From a virus (lineage: Duplodnaviria; Caudoviricetes): DNA of 61,655 nt. The translations under genes were made by a program, and so were the position numbers. Each line of letters begins with the position of its first letter. Within the stretch, counting starts at the first letter, position 1. Of the stretch, positions 18,775 to 28,583 are shown one piece after another. Below the pieces are notes generated by a model. It had not been told where the DNA came from and made no database searches. It was given only the letters and a program-made list of their open reading frames with translations. The stretch is from positions 1-61,655 of IMG/VR virus record IMGVR_UViG_3300030372_004501. The stretch is one strand, 5' to 3'.

Positions 18775-19080
18775 ATGACAGTTTACGTTTTACAAGAAAT
18801 GGGAAGAAATATTAGATCTGCTGAGAAATTTGGTGATTTAAAAGTTTTACTTCCGGATAATAAACAAATAGTTTTATCTTCTGGACCATTGACTCATAAA
18901 TTAAAAAAAGAGTTATCCACATTTTGTGATGATGACTACTTGCTATTGATTGGTGATCCTGCTATAATTGCACTTGCTGGTGCGATTGCTAGCGAAATGA
19001 ATAGAGGCAAATTCAAAGTTCTAAAATGGGACCGCGATGAAAAGAAATACTACGATTTAGAAATAGATTTGAGAGGATAA
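18775..19080 (+). CDS. Conserved hypothetical phage protein
   Basis: First gene of replication operon; DDYLLLIGDP motif. Confidence 0.7.
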   Translation: MTVYVLQEMGRNIRSAEKFGDLKVLLPDNKQIVLSSGPLTHKLKKELSTFCDDDYLLLIGDPAIIALAGAIASEMNRGKFKVLKWDRDEKKYYDLEIDLRG

Positions 19081-19081
19081 C

Positions 19082-19651
19082 ATGACAAGTTTAGACCCAA
19101 AAGATTTAGATTTAGTTTCCCAAATGAAAATGGATGCGGGGAGCACGGCCCAGGACAACATGGGTAAGATTGGTGCTGTTGCAAATGATGTAGCAGATAC
19201 TGATAAAGAAATTTCTGATTTAGAAGATCAGCTTAAAAAGAAAAAAGATTATAAAAAACATTTATCAGAAAATGTACTACCTAACTTATTTTCAGAAGTT
19301 GGGTTATCAGAGTTAAAACTAGCCGATGGCAGACACTTAAAGGTTTCCAATTTTTATGGTGCATCTATTAAAGAAGCTAAAAAAGAAGCAGCATTTAATT
19401 GGTTAAGAGCAAATGGATTTGGTGATTTAATAAAGAACCAAGTCTCTTGTAGCTTTGGGAGGGATGAAGATGAGAAAGCTAGAGGATTGATTGATACTTT
19501 GAATGAAAAGGGATATCAATCTTCACAACGTGAATGGGTCGAACCTTCCACCCTTCGCGCATTCATACGAGAGCAACATGAAGCAGGTAAAGCATTACCT
19601 ATGGATTTGTTAGGCGCTTTCGTAGGACAAAAAACAACGATAAAAGAATAG
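19082..19651 (+). CDS. Conserved hypothetical protein of replication module
   Basis: Coiled coil then AFNWLR..GFGDLIK...VEPSTLRAFIRE; GAGGA RBS. Confidence 0.7.
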   Translation: MTSLDPKDLDLVSQMKMDAGSTAQDNMGKIGAVANDVADTDKEISDLEDQLKKKKDYKKHLSENVLPNLFSEVGLSELKLADGRHLKVSNFYGASIKEAKKEAAFNWLRANGFGDLIKNQVSCSFGRDEDEKARGLIDTLNEKGYQSSQREWVEPSTLRAFIREQHEAGKALPMDLLGAFVGQKTTIKE

Positions 19652-19663
19652 GAGAAAAAGGCC

Positions 19664-20470
19664 ATGGCAAAAGCACAGGCAGTCGCAAAAGCGGCAAAAC
19701 TAGATCTAGCAGTTCTTGCTAGTGATTCTAAAGATGCGAGCGGTTTCGGTAATCTTGACATGTCAAGAGATATTGCAATCCCTTACATCAACATACTACA
19801 ATCCAATAGTCCTCAACTTAATCCGTCAAAAGCGGAACATGTTGAAGGGGCTAAAGTTGGACAGTTCTATAATACTGTCTCACAAGAAGTCAGTGATTCA
19901 CTTAACGTGATTCCTGTTCTTTACCAACTACGATACGTAGAATGGAAACCACGTGAGCAAGGTGGAGGATTCGTTGAATCACACCACGCTGATAGTGGAA
20001 TCTTAAGTAAAACTAAACGTGATCAGGTCACTTTTAAAGATGTATTATCTAATGGTAATTACATTGCAACAACTGCATACCACTATGTCCTTGTACAAGG
20101 AAAAGATGGTACATGGTCACAAGCTGTTATTAGCATGACATCTACTCAATTAAAAAAGAGCAGACGTTGGAATAGCTTGATGTTGACACAAAAAGTTAGT
20201 GGTCCATCGGGAAGTTTTACTCCACCAACATACGCAGTCATTTATAAGCTATCTACTGTTAGCGAATCTAATGATCGTGGTAGTTGGTTTGGGTATCAAG
20301 TTGAGAAAGCAGGTCAAGTTGAGGATGCTGATATTTATAATGAGGCAAAATCATTTTCAACCGCAGCATCAAGAGGAGATGTCGAAGCTAAACCTACTGT
20401 AGAGGGGGAGCCTGTAAAAGAGGCACCTAAATCTAACAATACAGAAAGCAACGAAGACGTACCATTTTAG
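19664..20470 (+). CDS. Putative single-stranded DNA-binding protein
   Basis: In replication operon; acidic C-terminus NEDVPF like SSB tails. Confidence 0.55.
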   Translation: MAKAQAVAKAAKLDLAVLASDSKDASGFGNLDMSRDIAIPYINILQSNSPQLNPSKAEHVEGAKVGQFYNTVSQEVSDSLNVIPVLYQLRYVEWKPREQGGGFVESHHADSGILSKTKRDQVTFKDVLSNGNYIATTAYHYVLVQGKDGTWSQAVISMTSTQLKKSRRWNSLMLTQKVSGPSGSFTPPTYAVIYKLSTVSESNDRGSWFGYQVEKAGQVEDADIYNEAKSFSTAASRGDVEAKPTVEGEPVKEAPKSNNTESNEDVPF

Positions 20471-20494
20471 GTAGTCTTCTAAACTGGAGGTTTA

Positions 20495-21985
20495 GTGGAA
20501 AGATTCAAATCGATATTTGAAGGCTTAGACGTAGCTTATGGTCAGCACCAATCCGAGGGGAAACGTGCTGACGGTAAGCAAGAGGGTAAATCCTATATTG
20601 TCAAGCAAGAAGTTAAAGATGAATTATGGACAGAACACCTTAATGGAAATGGTCCTTCTTTAGGGATCATTCCTATTAAGGCTGATAACACAGCTAGATG
20701 GGGGTGCATTGATATTGACACTTACCCAATTGATTACAAAAAAATTATAAATAGTATTAGAAATTTACAGTTACCACTGGTGCCATGCAGATCCAAAAGT
20801 GGAGGAATGCATATATTTTTATTTTTTAAAAACCCAGTATCCGCCAGATTAGTACGAGAGAAATTGCGAGAGGTTGCTTCAGGTCTTGGATATTCCGCTG
20901 TAGAAGTATTCCCCAAGCAATCAACCATACTAATAGAAAAAGGAGATCTAGGTAATTTTTTAAATCTTCCATATTATAATTCAAAAAATACAACGAGATA
21001 TGCCTATAAAGATGATGGAACAGCAGCAACATTGCCGGAGTTCTATTCTTTATATGATAAATATGTTGTAGAGGATATAGACAAAGTTGCAATCCAGGTA
21101 TCTGATGAAGTCATAAAGGATGGACCACCGTGTTTACAACAGCTATGTACACAAGGTTTTCCAGAAGGAACACGAAACAATGGTTTATTTAATATTGGAG
21201 TTTATTTACGTAAGTTTGATCCAGATAATTGGAAATCATTATTAGAAAAATATAATCAAGATTACATGACACCACCTCTATCAGCATCAGAGGTTGTGAC
21301 AGTACAGAAACAATTAGAGAAAAAAGAATACAATTATAGATGCAAAGAACCACCTATTAATTCCTATTGCAATGCTAAAGTATGTAGAGGAAGAAAACAT
21401 GGTATAGGTGGTAACGGCGCATCACTAGAGTTTAGTGCATTAACAAAATTAGAAACAGATCCACCAGTGTGGTTTTTAGATGTTGGTGATGCACGAATGG
21501 AATTACAAACAGAGGAGCTGCAGATACAAACTAAGTTTCAAAAAAAATGTATGAATAGTTTGAATCACATGCCTCCTTTAGTAAAACAGTCAGTATGGCA
21601 GGAGAATATTGAAAGATTAATGACTAATCTTATCAAGATCCCTGTTTCTGATGATGGGTCTTTGGCCGGTCAGTTTGAAGCTTTCCTCCAGGAGTTTTGT
21701 ACTGATCGTGCCCAGGCTCTAAATCGCGATGAATTATTATTACGTAAACCATGGACTGAGGACGGAATTACTTGGTTTAGATTAAAAGATTTACAGGACT
21801 ATCTTACACGAAATAAATTTACTTATTTCAATACAGGTCAATTAGTACAAGCACTAAGACACTTAAAAGGTAAGAGTGAGAAATATAATCTTAAAGGTAG
21901 AACAGTGAGAGTGTGGGGTGTGCCTGCATATCAGCAACAAGATTCTGCATTTGATATAAAGGAGGTTGATGGTGCCCCATTCTAA
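20495..21985 (+). CDS. Primase/primase-polymerase (AEP-like + PriCT-like domain)
   Basis: WGCIDID, RSKSGGMHIF, GNFLNLPY, GPPCL...EGTRNNGLF. Confidence 0.8.
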   Translation: MERFKSIFEGLDVAYGQHQSEGKRADGKQEGKSYIVKQEVKDELWTEHLNGNGPSLGIIPIKADNTARWGCIDIDTYPIDYKKIINSIRNLQLPLVPCRSKSGGMHIFLFFKNPVSARLVREKLREVASGLGYSAVEVFPKQSTILIEKGDLGNFLNLPYYNSKNTTRYAYKDDGTAATLPEFYSLYDKYVVEDIDKVAIQVSDEVIKDGPPCLQQLCTQGFPEGTRNNGLFNIGVYLRKFDPDNWKSLLEKYNQDYMTPPLSASEVVTVQKQLEKKEYNYRCKEPPINSYCNAKVCRGRKHGIGGNGASLEFSALTKLETDPPVWFLDVGDARMELQTEELQIQTKFQKKCMNSLNHMPPLVKQSVWQENIERLMTNLIKIPVSDDGSLAGQFEAFLQEFCTDRAQALNRDELLLRKPWTEDGITWFRLKDLQDYLTRNKFTYFNTGQLVQALRHLKGKSEKYNLKGRTVRVWGVPAYQQQDSAFDIKEVDGAPF

Positions 21986-22274
21986 ATTACCAAAGATTAA
22001 AAAAGGCATGGTAGCTGAACAAATAGCTATACAATATTTATTAGAGAAAGGATTTTTTGTATTTAAAAATTTGTATGGTGTAGGTCCAGCAGATTTAATA
22101 GCAATAAATGAAAAAGGTAAAGTTAATATATATGATGTTAAAAGTGAAAGTTATCGCAAGACTTGGAAACCTGGAACAAGGATACCTAGAGCATTAACGT
22201 TAGAGCAAAGAAAATTAAAAATGCAATTTATATTTGTAGATAAGGATGGTACATGCAAAGTAAGACAAAGATAA
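21966..22274 (+). CDS. Small PD-(D/E)XK nuclease (resolvase/YraN-like)
   Basis: GMVAEQIA...GFFVF...GPADLIA...YDVK. Confidence 0.7.
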   Translation: MMVPHSKLPKIKKGMVAEQIAIQYLLEKGFFVFKNLYGVGPADLIAINEKGKVNIYDVKSESYRKTWKPGTRIPRALTLEQRKLKMQFIFVDKDGTCKVRQR

Positions 22275-23758
22275 TACTTGGTCCTCCTGGTACGGGGAAA
22301 ACACATACGTTATTAAATCGTGTGGAAGAAGAATTGGCACGTGGCACACCACCAGATCGTATTGCTTTTCTAGCCTTTACTAAGAAAGCAGCAACCGAGG
22401 CACGCGACCGGGCAATGAAGAAGTTTGATTTAGAAGAACAACATCTTCCTTATTTTAGAACATTACATTCATTTGCATTTCATCAGTTAGGTTTAACTAA
22501 AGCAGAAGTTATGTCTCGTGATAATTATAAAGAATTTGCACAATCATTTGGTATGGATTTAGGATCTGTGACAGATGGTGCTGATTCCGGGGGTGTATTT
22601 ACAACAGATAATATGTTGATAAATGAGGTTAATTTAGCTCGTATGAAGTGTATGGAATTAGAACATCATTATAATCATTCTAATTTACAAGATGTATCAT
22701 GGCATGCATTGCTTAGAGCCCAACGATCGCTTGAAGAATTTAAAAAGAAAAAAGAAATATTTGATTTTACAGACATGATTGAATTATATTTAGAGTCTGG
22801 TCCAGTTCCTAAACTAGATGTAGTATTTATAGATGAGGCACAAGATCTATGCGCATTACAATGGCGCATGGTAGATAAGATTTCTCAAAATGCTAAAAAG
22901 ATTTATGTATGTGGGGATGATGATCAAGCTATATACACCTGGGCAGGAGCTGATGTTAGACACTTTATTAAATTACCAGGTGAAGTAGAAACATTAAAAC
23001 AGTCTTTTAGGTGTTCTAGTGTTATACAAAATTTATCCGGTAGAATAATAAATAGAGTTAAATTTAGACGAGCTAAGCAGTGGAAAGGCACAGACAGGGC
23101 AGGTTTTGTTCAATATCATAATTACCCAGAAGGAGTTGATTTAAAAGAATCTGGTAGTTGGTTAGTGCTTGCTAGAACTAATTATATGCTTGATGAAATA
23201 GAGCGCGATATAAGACTACAAGGTATGTTATATAAAAGAAATAATAAATTACCAGTATCTACTAAATTATTAAATGCTGTGGAGTCATGGAAAAAGTTAA
23301 ATAGAGAAGAAATAGTTCCACTTGTGGATGTAAAAAATATTTACTCTTATATGTCATCCCAAATTGGTATAGAAAGAGGACATAAGAATTTAAGAATGGC
23401 AGATAAAGAAGAGTATCAGTTAGAAGAATTAGTTATGCATCATGGATTACTGATGGCAGGTAGACCATGGGATGTAGCTTTTGATAAAGTAGGAAATAGA
23501 GATAAAGAATATTTACGTGCAATAGAGATGAGAGGGAATGTATCTACAAATCCTCAATTACATCTTAGTACTATTCACGGAGCAAAAGGAGGAGAAGCAG
23601 ATAATGTTATGTTGCTTACAGACTTATCAAGGAAGTCACAGGAAGCAATGGAAAAAGATTCAGACGATGAATGCCGTGTATTTTATGTAGGGGCTACACG
23701 CGCTCGTAACCAACTACATATAGTACAACCACAAAGAGAAGGAGGGTTCATAATATGA
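22253..23758 (+). CDS. UvrD/Rep-like SF1 helicase
   Basis: GPPGTGKT, LAFTKKAA, TLHS, IDEAQD, GDDDQAIY, STIHGAKGGE, FYVGATRA. Confidence 0.93.
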   Translation: MQSKTKIILGPPGTGKTHTLLNRVEEELARGTPPDRIAFLAFTKKAATEARDRAMKKFDLEEQHLPYFRTLHSFAFHQLGLTKAEVMSRDNYKEFAQSFGMDLGSVTDGADSGGVFTTDNMLINEVNLARMKCMELEHHYNHSNLQDVSWHALLRAQRSLEEFKKKKEIFDFTDMIELYLESGPVPKLDVVFIDEAQDLCALQWRMVDKISQNAKKIYVCGDDDQAIYTWAGADVRHFIKLPGEVETLKQSFRCSSVIQNLSGRIINRVKFRRAKQWKGTDRAGFVQYHNYPEGVDLKESGSWLVLARTNYMLDEIERDIRLQGMLYKRNNKLPVSTKLLNAVESWKKLNREEIVPLVDVKNIYSYMSSQIGIERGHKNLRMADKEEYQLEELVMHHGLLMAGRPWDVAFDKVGNRDKEYLRAIEMRGNVSTNPQLHLSTIHGAKGGEADNVMLLTDLSRKSQEAMEKDSDDECRVFYVGATRARNQLHIVQPQREGGFII

Positions 23759-24054
23759 GCATGACTAAAGAAGAAATATTAAAGAAAGCTAAAGATCTTA
23801 TCAGCGGTGATAGGAATGACACACATGGAGATGCATTTCAAAATCATGCAGAAATTGCAGAATTTTGGAATATATTTTTAGATAAAAAGTTACGACCAAT
23901 GGCAAGTATTACAGCTGAGGATGTAGCATTGATGATGGTTTTGATGAAGATATCAAGGAATAACCAAGGCAAGAAAAACAATTTGGATAACTTCATTGAT
24001 ATGTGTGGTTATGCAGCAATAGCAGGAGAAATTAATGACTCAGGATCTTTTTAA
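23755..24054 (+). CDS. DUF6378-like all-helical nucleotide hydrolase-related protein
   Basis: DRNDTHGD..N...IA..W...VALMMVLMKISR...DNFIDMCGYAA pattern. Confidence 0.75.
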   Translation: MSMTKEEILKKAKDLISGDRNDTHGDAFQNHAEIAEFWNIFLDKKLRPMASITAEDVALMMVLMKISRNNQGKKNNLDNFIDMCGYAAIAGEINDSGSF

Positions 24055-25879
24055 GACAGTGACTTCACAGTGGGTAGCACCCACAGAATTTCCACGTATA
24101 GAGAAACGCGTGGCTATCGACTTGGAGACTTGTGATCCAGAGCTCGTGAAACATGGCCCAGGGTGGCCAACTAAAAGAGGAAAAGTTATTGGTATCGCAG
24201 TAGCAACAGCTTCTTTTAAAGCTTATTATCCTATCGCTCATGATGGGGGTGGTAATATGGATGAAAAGAAAATTATTAAATATATCAAATCTATTTGTGA
24301 AGATGATTCAATTGAAAAAGTGTTTCATAATGCGCAATATGATATTGGATGGCTTAGTGTTCTAGGAATAGAAGTTAAAGGTCGATTACATGACACTATG
24401 GTAGCAGCAGCTCTTATAGATGAGAATAGATACTCATATACACTTAATAGTATAGTACATGAATATCTAGGTGAATTTAAGAATGAACAAAAACTTAAAG
24501 AAGCTGCTGATGCATTTGGTGTAGATCCAAAATCTGAAATGTATAAATTACCAGCAGAGTTTGTTGGTGAGTATGCAGAAGCAGATGCTGATCTTACATA
24601 TAAATTACATGAAAAATTATCATGGGAGATTGTTAAAGATAATCTTACAACAGTGTATGATGTGGAATGTAAACTAATTCATGTTATTTTTAAAATGACA
24701 CAACGTGGTGTTAGATTTGATACTTATAAATGTGTTGAATTAAACAAAAAATTTCACAACAAAGAAAAGAAATTAATGAAACGCATTAAAGATTTAACTA
24801 ATTTGGATATAGAAATATGGGCTGCGGCATCAATATCAAAAGCATTTGATGCTTTGAGTTTACCATATGAAAGAACAGATAAGACTAATGCGCCATCATT
24901 TACTAAAATGTTTTTGACAGATCATCCACATGAACTGCCAAGATTAATTATGCAAGCACGTGAATTAAATAAGTTAAGAGGTACATTTTTGCATGGACTA
25001 ATGAATCATACAGAGGAGGGTAGAATACATGCTCACATTAACCAAATTAGGTCTGATAGTGGAGGTACTGTCTCTGGTAGGTTTTCTTATAATCATCCTA
25101 ATTTACAGCAGGTTCCGAGTAGGGGGCAATTCGCGAAAGAAATTAGGAAGTTATTTATACCAGAACCAGGAGAGTACTGGCTTAAAGCAGACTACTCACA
25201 ACAAGAACCAAGATTACTCACGCACTGGGCGTGCCTCGTCGAACAACCAGGTGCTAGGGAAGTACAGGAAGCATATAATAAAAAAGACCTCGACTTTCAC
25301 CAACAAACAGCAGAAATGGCAGGATGCGAGAGACGTCTTGCGAAGACTATTGGATTAGGTGTTATGTATGGTATGGGATATAATAAATTAGCTCGTGAGT
25401 TAGATTTAGAGCCCCAGGAAGCTAAAGTTATGCTTAATGATTTCCGGGCTCGTGTACCATTCATGCAAGGAATGCTTGAAGCAGTTATGAATAGAGCTAA
25501 TTCTAAGGGTGTTATTCGTACATTACTTGGAAGAAAATGTAGATTTGATTTATGGGAGCCAACACAATGGGGCGTACATAAACCATTACCATTAAATCAA
25601 GCTAAGGTTGAATATGGTGATGCAATTAAAAGATATGGCACATATAAAGCACTTAATAGATTAATTCAGGGTTCAGCTGCTGATCAAACTAAAAAAGCGA
25701 TGGTTGACGTGTACGAAAATTTAGGTATTATTCCTCTTATCCAAGTGCACGATGAATTGGATTGTTCTGTTAAGGACGAGAAACAAGCAAATGAGGTTAA
25801 GGAAGTGATGGAAACTTGTGTTAAGTTGGAAGTGCCTTCTAAAACTGATATTGATTTAGGAGAAAGTTGGGGCGGATGA
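24035..25879 (+). CDS. polA: DNA polymerase, family A, with 3'-5' exonuclease
   Basis: IDLET, HNAQYD, YAEAD, PNLQQVP, ADYSQQEPRL, RRLAKTIGLGVMYG, IQGSAAD, QVHDEL. Confidence 0.97.
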   Translation: MTQDLFKTVTSQWVAPTEFPRIEKRVAIDLETCDPELVKHGPGWPTKRGKVIGIAVATASFKAYYPIAHDGGGNMDEKKIIKYIKSICEDDSIEKVFHNAQYDIGWLSVLGIEVKGRLHDTMVAAALIDENRYSYTLNSIVHEYLGEFKNEQKLKEAADAFGVDPKSEMYKLPAEFVGEYAEADADLTYKLHEKLSWEIVKDNLTTVYDVECKLIHVIFKMTQRGVRFDTYKCVELNKKFHNKEKKLMKRIKDLTNLDIEIWAAASISKAFDALSLPYERTDKTNAPSFTKMFLTDHPHELPRLIMQARELNKLRGTFLHGLMNHTEEGRIHAHINQIRSDSGGTVSGRFSYNHPNLQQVPSRGQFAKEIRKLFIPEPGEYWLKADYSQQEPRLLTHWACLVEQPGAREVQEAYNKKDLDFHQQTAEMAGCERRLAKTIGLGVMYGMGYNKLARELDLEPQEAKVMLNDFRARVPFMQGMLEAVMNRANSKGVIRTLLGRKCRFDLWEPTQWGVHKPLPLNQAKVEYGDAIKRYGTYKALNRLIQGSAADQTKKAMVDVYENLGIIPLIQVHDELDCSVKDEKQANEVKEVMETCVKLEVPSKTDIDLGESWGG

Positions 25880-26388
25880 ACTGGTTATGTGCAACATTAA
25901 TGGTTTGTGTGTCCTTTAGTCACGTTATGGATTATACAAATAATGAAGAATTCATAGAAAATGTAGAAGCGTGCGTTATACATCAAAATTCTATGTATGA
26001 TGAATACGAAAGAGTCCCTGTAAATTTAGTTGTAGCACAAGCTATTCACGAATCCGAATGGGGTAGGTCTAGATTTGCTGTAGAAGGTAATAACCTCCTT
26101 GGGATCCGCACATTTGACTCAGCAGATGATCAACTAAAGCCACTTAATAAACCTAATGTGAGCTGGGGGCTTAGGATCTTTGAGACTAAGTGCGAATCCA
26201 TATCTTACTATATTGAATTGTTAAATAACAATCATCATTATAATGAGTTTAGGGAAGAACGATTAAACCAGCATTTCAGCGATGAAATAGACTTAGAAAA
26301 ACTAGCTATGACACTTGCAATTTATGCTGAAGACATATACTATACGCAAAAAATCATCAGAACATTAAAGGAACTAAATGACAACTAA
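25876..26388 (+). CDS. Secreted glucosaminidase (GH73/Bax-like) peptidoglycan hydrolase
   Basis: Hydrophobic N-terminus; VAQAIHESEWGRSRFA.EGNNLLGI, YAEDIYY; ATGA overlap with polA. Confidence 0.85.
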   Translation: MNWLCATLMVCVSFSHVMDYTNNEEFIENVEACVIHQNSMYDEYERVPVNLVVAQAIHESEWGRSRFAVEGNNLLGIRTFDSADDQLKPLNKPNVSWGLRIFETKCESISYYIELLNNNHHYNEFREERLNQHFSDEIDLEKLAMTLAIYAEDIYYTQKIIRTLKELNDN

Positions 26389-27469
26389 AAGTGGAGAAAA
26401 ACCCGGGTACAGAGCCCAAGGTAAAGCAAGAGCAGCTAATAAAAAAAATAATTTTGCTATTAACGCGGAGCAGATGGAATATGAAAGAAGAAAAGTTTTG
26501 GAGCAAATGTCTACGAAAATTGACCGTAAAAAGCTCAACAATATGGCAGCAGTTGCTGCAACTAAAGAACCTGAATATTTTGACGAAGAAGGAAACAAAA
26601 AAGAGCCAACATTACGGATATTATCACTCGGGGCAGGGGTTCAGTCATCCTGTCTCGCACTCATGGCGCAAGAAGGATTGACAAAACATAAGCCAGATTA
26701 CATGATATTTGCTGATACGGGGTGGGAGCCTAAATTTGTTTATGAACATGTTGAATATTTAAAAAAAGCAATAACAATTTGTCCACTCATTACTGTAGAA
26801 CGAAGTAATATTCGTGAAGATCTTATTCGTGCAGCGAACCCCATTAAAGGGTCAAATGAGGAACATAAATCTTTCGCCGGACGCGTACCAAATCCTCCAT
26901 TATTTGCTGCGCAACCAGGCGGAAGAGTTGGAATGCTATATCGCCAATGTACGCACGATTATAAGGTAATTCCTATTCAAAAAAAGATGAGGGAAATTTT
27001 AGGGGTTAAACCAAGACATAGAGTTAAGAAAGGAACAGTTGTAGAACAATGGATTGGTATATCTACTGATGAAGCCATGCGTATGAAAAATGCAAGGCTA
27101 CCATGGTTAGTATCACGTTGGCCTTTAATAGAAATGAAAATGTCCCGTATGGATTGTCTTCAGTGGTATCGTGACATTAAAAAACATCCAATGCCTGGTA
27201 AATCATCATGTATTGGGTGTCCTTACCATCACAATGATCAATGGAAAAACATGCAGAAGAACTATCCGGAAGATTTTGAAGATGCATGTGAGGTTGATGA
27301 TAAGATTAGACATGGGTTGAAGAATACCAAGGCGGAGTTGTTTTTACATAAATCAGCTAAGCCACTTAGAGAAATAAATTTCTTGGAGCCGAAGAAACAA
27401 GCAAGTTTATTTGGTGAAACATTTGATGAGGAATTCGCAGATGAATGCGAAGGGCTGTGTGGAGTATAG
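26378..27469 (+). CDS. PP-loop (PAPS-reductase/DndC-like) adenine-nucleotide alpha-hydrolase with Cys clusters
   Basis: LSLGAGVQS, FADTGWE, RQCT..YK, IGIS.DE, SSCIGCPYH, C-terminal ECEGLCG. Confidence 0.8.
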   Translation: MTTKSGEKPGYRAQGKARAANKKNNFAINAEQMEYERRKVLEQMSTKIDRKKLNNMAAVAATKEPEYFDEEGNKKEPTLRILSLGAGVQSSCLALMAQEGLTKHKPDYMIFADTGWEPKFVYEHVEYLKKAITICPLITVERSNIREDLIRAANPIKGSNEEHKSFAGRVPNPPLFAAQPGGRVGMLYRQCTHDYKVIPIQKKMREILGVKPRHRVKKGTVVEQWIGISTDEAMRMKNARLPWLVSRWPLIEMKMSRMDCLQWYRDIKKHPMPGKSSCIGCPYHHNDQWKNMQKNYPEDFEDACEVDDKIRHGLKNTKAELFLHKSAKPLREINFLEPKKQASLFGETFDEEFADECEGLCGV

Positions 27470-27573
27470 TGGCTAAAGTAGGACTAGCTAAACACAGAGG
27501 AAGACGAAAGCTTGGTAGGAAAAAAAGAAGAAAAAGATCTGCTAAGTGGAGAAATAAAAAAACAGGAAGGTAA
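27469..27573 (+). CDS. Very basic 34-aa peptide
   Basis: GTG start overlapping previous stop; MAKVGLAKHRGRRKLGRKKRRKRSAKWRNKKTGR*. Confidence 0.55.
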   Translation: MAKVGLAKHRGRRKLGRKKRRKRSAKWRNKKTGR

Positions 27574-27575
27574 TT

Positions 27576-27764
27576 ATGGAAAAAGAAAAAGTACAAGAAA
27601 GAAAGAAAGCATTACAAGATCAACATGATGATGTTAATCAAAAGATATCTCAAGGCAGAAATGCGTTGGGTAATTTAGAGGCAACATTGATGGGTTTGAA
27701 AGGTGCCATTTCACAAATTGATTGGGTGTTAGGATTATTTGTAGACGAAAAAAAAGAAAAATAG
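27576..27764 (+). CDS. Small coiled-coil protein
   Basis: Heptad pattern; GGAAGG RBS. Confidence 0.65.
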   Translation: MEKEKVQERKKALQDQHDDVNQKISQGRNALGNLEATLMGLKGAISQIDWVLGLFVDEKKEK

Positions 27765-27970
27765 TGACTGAAGATTTTTACGATCATATGAAAAGGGAAC
27801 AAGAATTATTAAATTTAAGTTATCAAGAGTCATTACGTCAAAAACACGAAAGAATGGCTGTTTGGGACCCTAAGGATAAAATGACGGTTTTCAGCCAAAT
27901 AAAAACGCTCATAATTGCCCGGTATCGGGGTTTAAGAACATGGGTGGTAGGATTCATCCCGGGTTTTTAA
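27764..27970 (+). CDS. Hypothetical protein
   Basis: GTG at 27764 overlaps previous stop; in frame with listed 27722..27970 ORF. Confidence 0.5.
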   Translation: MTEDFYDHMKREQELLNLSYQESLRQKHERMAVWDPKDKMTVFSQIKTLIIARYRGLRTWVVGFIPGF

Positions 27971-28134
27971 TGGTAAAAAAGATAAAATACTATTTCCAGA
28001 CATCTACGCAACGTGCGTTAATGTATCCGTACGAAAAATTAACTTCGTGGTATTACGGGCCGCGTTTAAAATGGATGAAGCTAGTTAAAGATGATAAAAG
28101 AAAGATTAGAAAGATACGTACAAATTCTAAATAA
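27970..28134 (+). CDS. Hypothetical protein
   Basis: TAATG coupling at 27970; overlaps start of sufE. Confidence 0.35.
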   Translation: MVKKIKYYFQTSTQRALMYPYEKLTSWYYGPRLKWMKLVKDDKRKIRKIRTNSK

Positions 28135-28516
28135 TATAGAAGATGCACAAGATAAATTTATGTGGATTATGGATTTTGGAAAAAATTCAGTAACAATTCC
28201 AGAACAGCATAAAGTTAAATCATTTGAAGTTCCTGGTTGCCAGTCACAGACATGGTTGATCCCACACTTTGTGGAAGATAATAAAATATATTTTACTGCT
28301 GACTCAGCTGCACTTATTTCTAAAGGCATGGTTTGTATTATTGCGGACGTGTACAGTGGCTCGAGTGCCCAGGACATTAATGAGTTTGATCAAAAAGAAT
28401 TCGATAAAATGAATCTTGATACATTGTTAACACCAGGAAGAAATAATGGCGTTCATAGCATGCTAAAAAAGGTTAAGTTCTATGCAAAAAAAGAAGATAA
28501 TAAAGTGGCTGTTTAG
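28091..28516 (+). CDS. sufE: SufE-family sulfur acceptor protein
   Basis: VPGCQSQTW (conserved Cys), ADSAALISKG, YSG, LLTPGRNNG. Confidence 0.92.
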   Translation: MIKERLERYVQILNNIEDAQDKFMWIMDFGKNSVTIPEQHKVKSFEVPGCQSQTWLIPHFVEDNKIYFTADSAALISKGMVCIIADVYSGSSAQDINEFDQKEFDKMNLDTLLTPGRNNGVHSMLKKVKFYAKKEDNKVAV

Positions 28517-28583
28517 ATCCTATGTCGTGTGGTCTTTATCTTTAGATGCAAGTATAGTTGTAGGTCTTATATACTACTTTTTT

